Below, piece after piece: positions 8,029-13,547 of a stretch of 13,547 bases of DNA. Position 1 is the first letter of the stretch, and every line of letters starts with the position of its first letter. The notes below the pieces were generated by a model. That model searched no databases, was not told the origin of the DNA, and was given only the letters and a program-made list of their open reading frames with translations. This DNA is from a bacterium (GTDB lineage: Bacteria > RBG-13-61-14 > DATKZS01): NCBI GenBank assembly GCA_046484135.1, contig JAWOBU010000112.1, positions 1 through 13,547 of the forward strand, written 5' to 3'. The translations under genes and the position numbers were made by a program.

Positions 8029-8134
8029 AAAAGCGGGGAACCCGAGCTATAAAGTGCGGGACGGATTTGGTCGAAGGCCTAACTCGGCCGCAAAAAGTCC
8101 GGAGCTTTTCCACTCATCTCATCAGAGTCGTTTT

Positions 8135-8161
8135 GAGGGCCTCATGTCGCAGGCCCTCTTT
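8135..8161 (+). terminator. Hairpin between the convergent SDR and beta-barrel genes, likely a terminator
   Basis: GAGGGCCT (8135-8142), 8 nt loop, AGGCCCTC (8151-8158), followed by a short TTT. Confidence 0.5.
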
Positions 8162-8162
8162 A

Positions 8163-8954
8163 TCATCCTTGGTATCCGAACATGAACCATATGGAGTAGA
8201 CCGGGCCGGACATGGAGGAGGCGTCCACCATCTTTTCCCCGTTGGCCGCGTAAAAGGAACTGCCGCCGGTATCAAGATCAATGAAGTTATACTGCGCAGT
8301 GGCCTCCACCCGCATCCAGTCGGTTACCTTGTAAGAAAGACCCGCCTCTGGTATGTAAATCCCGAAGTCCTGCGCCTGGGACCAGTAATCGCCCAGGTCG
8401 TCGCCGTCCGCGCTCATCCAGAGCGCGCCACCGCCGATCATGCCGCCGCCGAAAACGTCCACCCGTTCGGTCACCGGAAATAAAAGGTCAGCGGTAAAAC
8501 CGCCCCAGAAGATGTCCAGCTCCGCCCACCGATGATCGTCGTTGATTATCTCGTCCTGCCGAAAATGACCGCCGCCAAGCATGCCGCCCAGACGGAAATT
8601 GTTGACCACCATAAACCCCCGGCCCGACCAGCAGCGCAAAGGCGCGGAAAAGCCGTCCAGGCCCCGCTCCTCTGTCATGCCCTGAAAGCCGGAAAGATCG
8701 GGGAAGAAAAGATTGAAAGAAAAACCGCCCCAGCCGCCGTACACGTCGCCGTTATCACCGCCGGAGGCGCCTTTTCCATCGCTCGTTCGGAACACCCCGT
8801 AGGACGGCTTTTTATTCTCCTGTTGCATGGCCTGGACGGCATCGGCAAGGTCAATCGAAATACTCTTCTCGCACCATCCTGAACCGGGCGAAAACCAGCA
8901 AACCAACAAAACAATTAAACACGCCGTATAAAAAGCAATCCCTTTTCTTCCCAT
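8163..8954 (-). CDS. Hypothetical outer-membrane beta-barrel protein
   Basis: ATG at 8954 with CAGGAGG RBS (alternative ATG at 8987). Hydrophobic signal segment, Gly/aromatic alternating strands (FRLGGMLGGG, IYIPEAGLSYKVTDWMRVEATAQY) and C-terminal strand YSIWFMFGY. Confidence 0.7.
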   Translation of the reverse strand: MGRKGIAFYTACLIVLLVCWFSPGSGWCEKSISIDLADAVQAMQQENKKPSYGVFRTSDGKGASGGDNGDVYGGWGGFSFNLFFPDLSGFQGMTEERGLDGFSAPLRCWSGRGFMVVNNFRLGGMLGGGHFRQDEIINDDHRWAELDIFWGGFTADLLFPVTERVDVFGGGMIGGGALWMSADGDDLGDYWSQAQDFGIYIPEAGLSYKVTDWMRVEATAQYNFIDLDTGGSSFYAANGEKMVDASSMSGPVYSIWFMFGYQG

Positions 8955-9009
8955 GAAAAACCTCCTGCAAACCTTTATGAGGTACATGGTATCCCCTTTA
9001 TCATTACAG

Positions 9010-9024
9010 GCAAAAGCAATGCCC
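9010..9024 (-). promoter_or_regulatory. Candidate sigma54 (-24/-12) promoter for the beta-barrel gene
   Basis: Minus strand GGGCATTGCTTTTGC has exact GG-N10-GC spacing, with GGCA and TTGC matching TGGCAC-N5-TTGC. Confidence 0.55.
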
Positions 9025-9246
9025 AAAGCTTTTCTTTTCAACTCTTTCGTCCGATATGTCCCGCTAACTGCCGGATATGACTCCTGAAAAACCTGAGAAG
9101 CCCGGACAAAAGACCCGCCGGGCCTCGGGATGAGTCATCTGCAAAGAATGGTGTCAACAACACAGCATCCTGCCATTTGTGGTCAAAACACAACATCTGT
9201 AAAGCACGCCCATGCTCGCTTGAATTAACACAAAGGCGCTGGTAAC

Positions 9247-9480
9247 GTGGCGAGCGCTTCCGCGGACTGGTGGTCCGATCCGAAGGGCGAGTTCCTGGCC
9301 GCACTACACGCGGGCCCGGCCTGGGAGCTGTTCGGAAAGAAGGGACTGGATGTTGAAGAAATGCCCGGCACCGGCAAACAGGTCGGACATTCCATAGGCT
9401 ACCACCTCCGCGAGGGAGGGCATGACCTCACCCTCCTCGACTGGAAAATGTTCATGGACTTCGCGGACCGGAATATGTAG
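9247..9480 (+). pseudogene. C-terminal remnant of a CE15 (glucuronoyl esterase-like) alpha/beta hydrolase
   Basis: VASASADWWSDPKGEFLAALHAGPAWELFGKKGL...IGYHLREGGHDLTLLDWKMFMDFADR matches the CE15-like C-terminus. In-frame TAA at 9226-9228. No nucleophile Ser motif and no clear RBS. Confidence 0.75.
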
Positions 9481-12271
9481 GACCTTCTCCGGGCCGGAGC
9501 CGCACCGGCCCGATCAGGCCCGACCGGAAAGGCCGCCAGCCCGCGGCGTTAAAAGGCAGGTAATTGACGTTCACGAAGTTGATGTCGCGAAACTTCTTCC
9601 AGCGCTTCAGATGCCGGTCCAGGTAGATGATCCGGTTGGCGGGAAGATTGGTGACCTCGATCGCGAGACGGTTAGCACCGGCATGCAGATACTCTCCCAC
9701 CCGCAGTTTATAAGGATGACAGAAAACCACGCCCGCTTCTTCTCCGTTTATGAACACCCGTGCGCTTTCACGGACCTCGCCTAAGTCGAGAGTCCAGTCC
9801 CTGGAACCCGCGTCTTTCGGAACATGGAACTCAGCCGAGTAGCGGGCAGTCCCGGAGAAATACTTATAATCTCGGCCGGGCCTTTGCGTCCAGGACTCGA
9901 GCTCTTTGGTCTCATAGCTCGCCGGTAACCGGGGCCCGCCTTTTATGAACTCGATCTGCCACGTTCCTTTTATGTTCAAGGCTTCTTCCGCGGGCCCGAA
10001 ATATTGCCACTCCCGCGCTTGGACGGGCTTATTTGTGAAGGTCTTCAAAACCAGTGATTGGCCGGGTTCCAGCTTAAGATACACTCGGCTTGAATCGCCG
10101 CCACGCTTCATCGCTGCTCTGCCGGATTTCTTGTGAAGGGTGTCAAAGATCACCGCGGACCGGGCCCCGGAGCCGAGCGAGACCCAGCCTTCCGTCTTTC
10201 CCGGACCGGGGTTGGTTATGAAGTAGTAATGCCCCGCTTCATGGGAGCGGCGCACGAAAGAAAGGCCGCGGTCAACCATGGGCTCGCGCTCTACGCCTGC
10301 TTCTGAAAGCATCGAGCTAAGATCACTACCCGAGGCGACATTGTTTCCGTCCAATCCTTCTATCGCTTTTTGCAGGCGTTCTCTTCGCTTTTCAAGCCTT
10401 GCCAGGCCGGGCACGTCCTGCGGAAACCCGTTCATATACACGATCCGCGCGCCTTGCCGCGAAAGCCGGCTGAGCTTCTCTTGTGTCGAGACCGGCATGT
10501 AGCGGACCCGCGGGACCACTATGGCCCGGTAGGAGGCTCCGCCCTGCGATTCTATGGCGCCGTTATAGGAAAGCTCCGCGATCATCCGGTCGGAAATGTA
10601 ATCGAAGCTGTAGCCGTTGTCCTTGAACTTCCGGGCGGCCTTGCCGAAGGCCGTGTCATGAAGCCACTCATCCGCGTTATGCACGGTGAAGAGCTTTGCT
10701 TTGCTTTGTCTCGATTCATACAGCTCGACCGCGGCGCTTTGCAGCAGGTCTGCGAACTCGCCGGGCCTGCCGGAAAACAGGCGCCTCCAGGCTTCGGCCG
10801 TGGTCTCCCGGAACTTCTGTAGCGGGTCTTCGTCGTACACTCCGCTCCAAAGGTCGTGGGCGGGCCAGTAAAGCAGGATGTCGTTGTCGGGCGCGCCTGA
10901 TTGCAGGAACGATTGAGTGCGCGCGATATAGGCGTTCAGTGCGGGCAGGTCGCGAAACCAGGTGTTTGACGGGCCGAAGTTGGTGGGGGCGTAAAACAGC
11001 CATCCCGGCCAGTCCTCGTAATCCGGCGAGTAGGTAATGCCGTGAAAGAACACGTGGTTGATGCCGCCCGCCCAGAGCTTGTCTATCTCCGGCTTTACGT
11101 GGGCGAGCGATACGGTGAAGTGCTCGCCGAGCCAGGTGCACGACTCGGATGATACGAGCCGCTTGCCGGTTACGTGGGCGGCGCTTCCTGCGAACTTCAT
11201 GACCAGTACATCGGGCTTGCCGTGGTGCTCGGCCAGCGACTTGTAATAATCGAGGCCGGGAATATCGAAGTGGCTCGGGCCGAACGCTTCGGTTTCCGGG
11301 ATATCCGCCGCGGCGTATAGATCGAGAAGGTTTCCGGGCGAGCCGTGGGCCTGGTTGCGGGTGAGGGCGCCTTGTTTATGGGCCCACTCGGTCCACGGTC
11401 GCGCGAACTCGAAAAACAGAAGATCGGACACGGTCTCGCGGTAGTCGCACAGGACGCGGGAGACATACTCTTTGTCTACTTTACCGTCGAGTGCGGCCAG
11501 GTGCTCGCGGAGATCGTAGCCGCGCCGTTTTCGGAACTCCTGGAACAGATCGTCGGTCCAGTCCGCGCCGTAGACCTCGAAGGAGTCGTTGTAAAAAGAC
11601 CGCGGCCTTGCATCGGTTCCGGCAAAAGCTTGGTCGAAGCGGGAAAGATAGGTATCAAGGGCGTCCCGACAGTAGTAGTCCATGACCAGCCCGTGGCCGC
11701 CCGGCGCAGCGCGCTTTACCTTCTGGCCGGTGTTCTCGACCTCGAGTTCATACCCGCTGCCGCGCTTTTTCAGGTCAAAGGTCTTGGCCGCGTGTATGGG
11801 GCGTATCTGCGGTCCGCCGAAAGGCCAGCCCGTGCCCGCGCTCATGTCCACTCCCATGCCCAGCCGCCGGGCCTCTTTCTTCGTGAACGAGAACATGGAA
11901 ATCCACTCGGACGACAAGTAGTCAATGTATAAGTCCTCGTAGCCCTTGACGCCGTAGATGGGAATGATATGCACGCCGCCCAGGCCGGCTTTCGAGAGCA
12001 CCTCGAGGTTCTTCTCAAGCTCGCTCTTTTCCACGGCGCTGCCCATCCACCACCAGTAGGTCCACGGCCGGGATTCCATGGTTACGGCGGGCCATGCCGC
12101 GGGCTTGTGTTCTTTTTGAGAAAAACTCAAGGAAGGGGCGAGAAAAAAGGCGCACGTTAAAAGAACATATAAAAGGCGAAAAACACGGACCTCGCTGAAA
12201 AGACGGGATACCGCGCGAGCGCGAGTTCGCTCACGCAAAAACGGCCCGAAAAGCTTTAGAAGATTCCGCAC
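9452..12271 (-). CDS. Secreted glycoside hydrolase family 106 (alpha-L-rhamnosidase-like)
   Basis: RPWTYWWWMGSAV, AGLGGVHIIPIYG, GTGWPFGGP, KVKRAAPGG, FYNDSFEVYG, RNQAHGSPGNLLDLYAAADIPETE, SSESCTW, and C-terminal beta domain LDLGEVRESARVFING...SGLIGPV. Start uncertain; GTG at 12271 chosen because it has AAGG upstream and avoids overlap with ftsH. Confidence 0.9.
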   Translation of the reverse strand: MRNLLKLFGPFLRERTRARAVSRLFSEVRVFRLLYVLLTCAFFLAPSLSFSQKEHKPAAWPAVTMESRPWTYWWWMGSAVEKSELEKNLEVLSKAGLGGVHIIPIYGVKGYEDLYIDYLSSEWISMFSFTKKEARRLGMGVDMSAGTGWPFGGPQIRPIHAAKTFDLKKRGSGYELEVENTGQKVKRAAPGGHGLVMDYYCRDALDTYLSRFDQAFAGTDARPRSFYNDSFEVYGADWTDDLFQEFRKRRGYDLREHLAALDGKVDKEYVSRVLCDYRETVSDLLFFEFARPWTEWAHKQGALTRNQAHGSPGNLLDLYAAADIPETEAFGPSHFDIPGLDYYKSLAEHHGKPDVLVMKFAGSAAHVTGKRLVSSESCTWLGEHFTVSLAHVKPEIDKLWAGGINHVFFHGITYSPDYEDWPGWLFYAPTNFGPSNTWFRDLPALNAYIARTQSFLQSGAPDNDILLYWPAHDLWSGVYDEDPLQKFRETTAEAWRRLFSGRPGEFADLLQSAAVELYESRQSKAKLFTVHNADEWLHDTAFGKAARKFKDNGYSFDYISDRMIAELSYNGAIESQGGASYRAIVVPRVRYMPVSTQEKLSRLSRQGARIVYMNGFPQDVPGLARLEKRRERLQKAIEGLDGNNVASGSDLSSMLSEAGVEREPMVDRGLSFVRRSHEAGHYYFITNPGPGKTEGWVSLGSGARSAVIFDTLHKKSGRAAMKRGGDSSRVYLKLEPGQSLVLKTFTNKPVQAREWQYFGPAEEALNIKGTWQIEFIKGGPRLPASYETKELESWTQRPGRDYKYFSGTARYSAEFHVPKDAGSRDWTLDLGEVRESARVFINGEEAGVVFCHPYKLRVGEYLHAGANRLAIEVTNLPANRIIYLDRHLKRWKKFRDINFVNVNYLPFNAAGWRPFRSGLIGPVRLRPGEGPTYSGPRSP

Positions 12272-12281
12272 GAAAGCCTTG

Positions 12282-13442
12282 TCAGGCCTCCCCTCCCACG
12301 GGATCAGTGGTCGGCACAACCGGCTTGACCTCTTCTTCTTCTTCCTTCTTCTTCTTGTTCTTCTTGTCCTCTTCCCGCTGCTTCTGCTTCTCTTCTTCCA
12401 GAAGAACCGGCGGCAGCTCCTCGCCCTTCATGATAAGCCGGATTTCATGGGCGTCCAGGGACTCGCGTTCGAGCAGAGCGTGGGCCATGACTTCGAGCTC
12501 GTCGCGATGCTTGGTAAGAATGTCCATTGCCTTGTCATAAGCGCCGCTCACGATCTTTTTTATCTCGGCGTCTATAAGCTCCGCGGTTTTTTCGCTGTAG
12601 GTCTTTTTGGAGGCCAGGTCTTTGCCCAAAAAGATCTCCTCGTCTTTCTCGCCGAAGGTGATGGGCCCCATCTCTTCGCTCATTCCCCACTCGCAGACCA
12701 TCTTGCGGGCCAGCTCGGTGGCCCTTTCCAGGTCGTTGCCCGAGCCGGAGGTCCGGGTGCCGAGCGATATCTCCTCTGCTGCCCGGCCGCCCAGAAGCAT
12801 GACCATGTCGTTCTCCGCTTTCTCCTTGGAGATGGTGTACTTGTCTTCGTTGGGGAGCTGCTGGGTCAGTCCCAGCGCCTGCCCGCGGGGAATAATGGTG
12901 ACCTTGTGGACCGGGTCGCTGCCGGGCACCAGGAAGGCCGCCAGTGCGTGGCCGCTCTCGTGATAAGCGGTGATTCTTTTCTCCTCTTCGCTTATCACCA
13001 TGCTCCTTCGCTCGGTGCCCATCATGACCTTGTCCTTGGCGAACTCGAGGTCAAGCTGGTCCACGTAGTCCTTGTTGCGGCGGGCGGCAATGAGCGCGGC
13101 CTCGTTGACCAGGTTCTCGAGGTCGGCGCCGGAAAAACCGGGGGTCCCCTTGGCGATGTTTTCAAGATTGGTGTCCTCCGCCAGGGTCACCTTTTGGGAG
13201 TGGACCTTCAATATCTCGAACCTGCCTTTGACGTCCGGCCGGGGAACAACCACCTGCCGGTCGAACCTGCCGGGCCGGAGCAGCGCCGGGTCCAGCACGT
13301 CGGGCCGGTTGGTCGCCGCTATAATGATGACCCCTTCATTGCTCTCGAAGCCGTCCATCTCCACCAGGAGCTGGTTCAAGGTCTGCTCGTGCTCGTCGTG
13401 GCCGCCGCCTACGCCGGCTCCGCGATGCCTTCCCACCGCGTC
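12282..13442 (-). CDS. ftsH: ATP-dependent zinc metalloprotease FtsH, 5'-truncated
   Basis: [26 protein letters not shown] motif [26 protein letters not shown] zinc motif, GGRAAEE. Homology stops just after Walker B; TM helices and Walker A are absent. Confidence 0.96.
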   Translation of the reverse strand, partial: DAVGRHRGAGVGGGHDEHEQTLNQLLVEMDGFESNEGVIIIAATNRPDVLDPALLRPGRFDRQVVVPRPDVKGRFEILKVHSQKVTLAEDTNLENIAKGTPGFSGADLENLVNEAALIAARRNKDYVDQLDLEFAKDKVMMGTERRSMVISEEEKRITAYHESGHALAAFLVPGSDPVHKVTIIPRGQALGLTQQLPNEDKYTISKEKAENDMVMLLGGRAAEEISLGTRTSGSGNDLERATELARKMVCEWGMSEEMGPITFGEKDEEIFLGKDLASKKTYSEKTAELIDAEIKKIVSGAYDKAMDILTKHRDELEVMAHALLERESLDAHEIRLIMKGEELPPVLLEEEKQKQREEDKKNKKKKEEEEEVKPVVPTTDPVGGEA

Positions 13443-13445
13443 CTT

Positions 13446-13547
13446 ATGATTGATCCGGGCTTAATGGCGGACCTGGTGGTGGCATTCCATTTTCTCTTCG
13501 TGCTTTTTGCCGTCCTCGGGGAGTTAGCCATACTAATAGGGGGAATT
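13446..13547 (+). CDS. N-terminal fragment of a DUF2784-like membrane protein, runs off the window end
   Basis: [34 protein letters not shown] matches the ADLVV..HF.FVLF.V.G pattern. Not in the ORF track. Confidence 0.6.
   Translation, partial: MIDPGLMADLVVAFHFLFVLFAVLGELAILIGGI

Noticed and set aside
9153..9197. Direct repeats as a CRISPR remnant
   Set aside because: Only two short imperfect copies 12 nt apart, and no cas genes.
9038..9304. 88 aa minus-strand ORF
   Set aside because: No motif or RBS; it overlaps the regulatory repeats and the CE15 remnant.
12330..12400. TTC-rich simple repeat
   Set aside because: It encodes the ordinary Lys/Glu-rich C-terminal tail of FtsH.
13385..13400. 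FtsH motif reads DEHEQT rather than the usual DEREQT
   Set aside because: A single-base difference (CAC vs CGC) about 50 nt from a suspect junction; it cannot be distinguished from sequencing error.

Overview
GC-rich bacterial window, probably from a Gram-negative, Deltaproteobacteria-like organism (inferred from the beta-barrel protein and MobB style). Gene order: 3' fragment of an OtsA/GT20-like gene; secreted PEGA + long linker + LCP-domain protein; small Sm-like protein, type I phosphoribosyltransferase and mobB (+); membrane protein, SRPBCC protein and a secreted clan GH-D-like glycoside hydrolase (-); SDR (+); outer-membrane beta-barrel with a candidate sigma54 promoter (-); a CE15 esterase C-terminal remnant (+); GH106 rhamnosidase and a 5'-truncated ftsH (-). 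Both ends look chimeric: an internal argS fragment is joined in inverted orientation at 1-69, and a DUF2784-like start is joined in inverted orientation at 13446-13547. I see no mobile element, CRISPR array or RNA gene, and no clear-cut novel system. The best leads are the PEGA-LCP fusion, the unclassified GH-D-like enzyme and the regulatory region at 9010-9197. All family calls come from motif recognition, not database searches.
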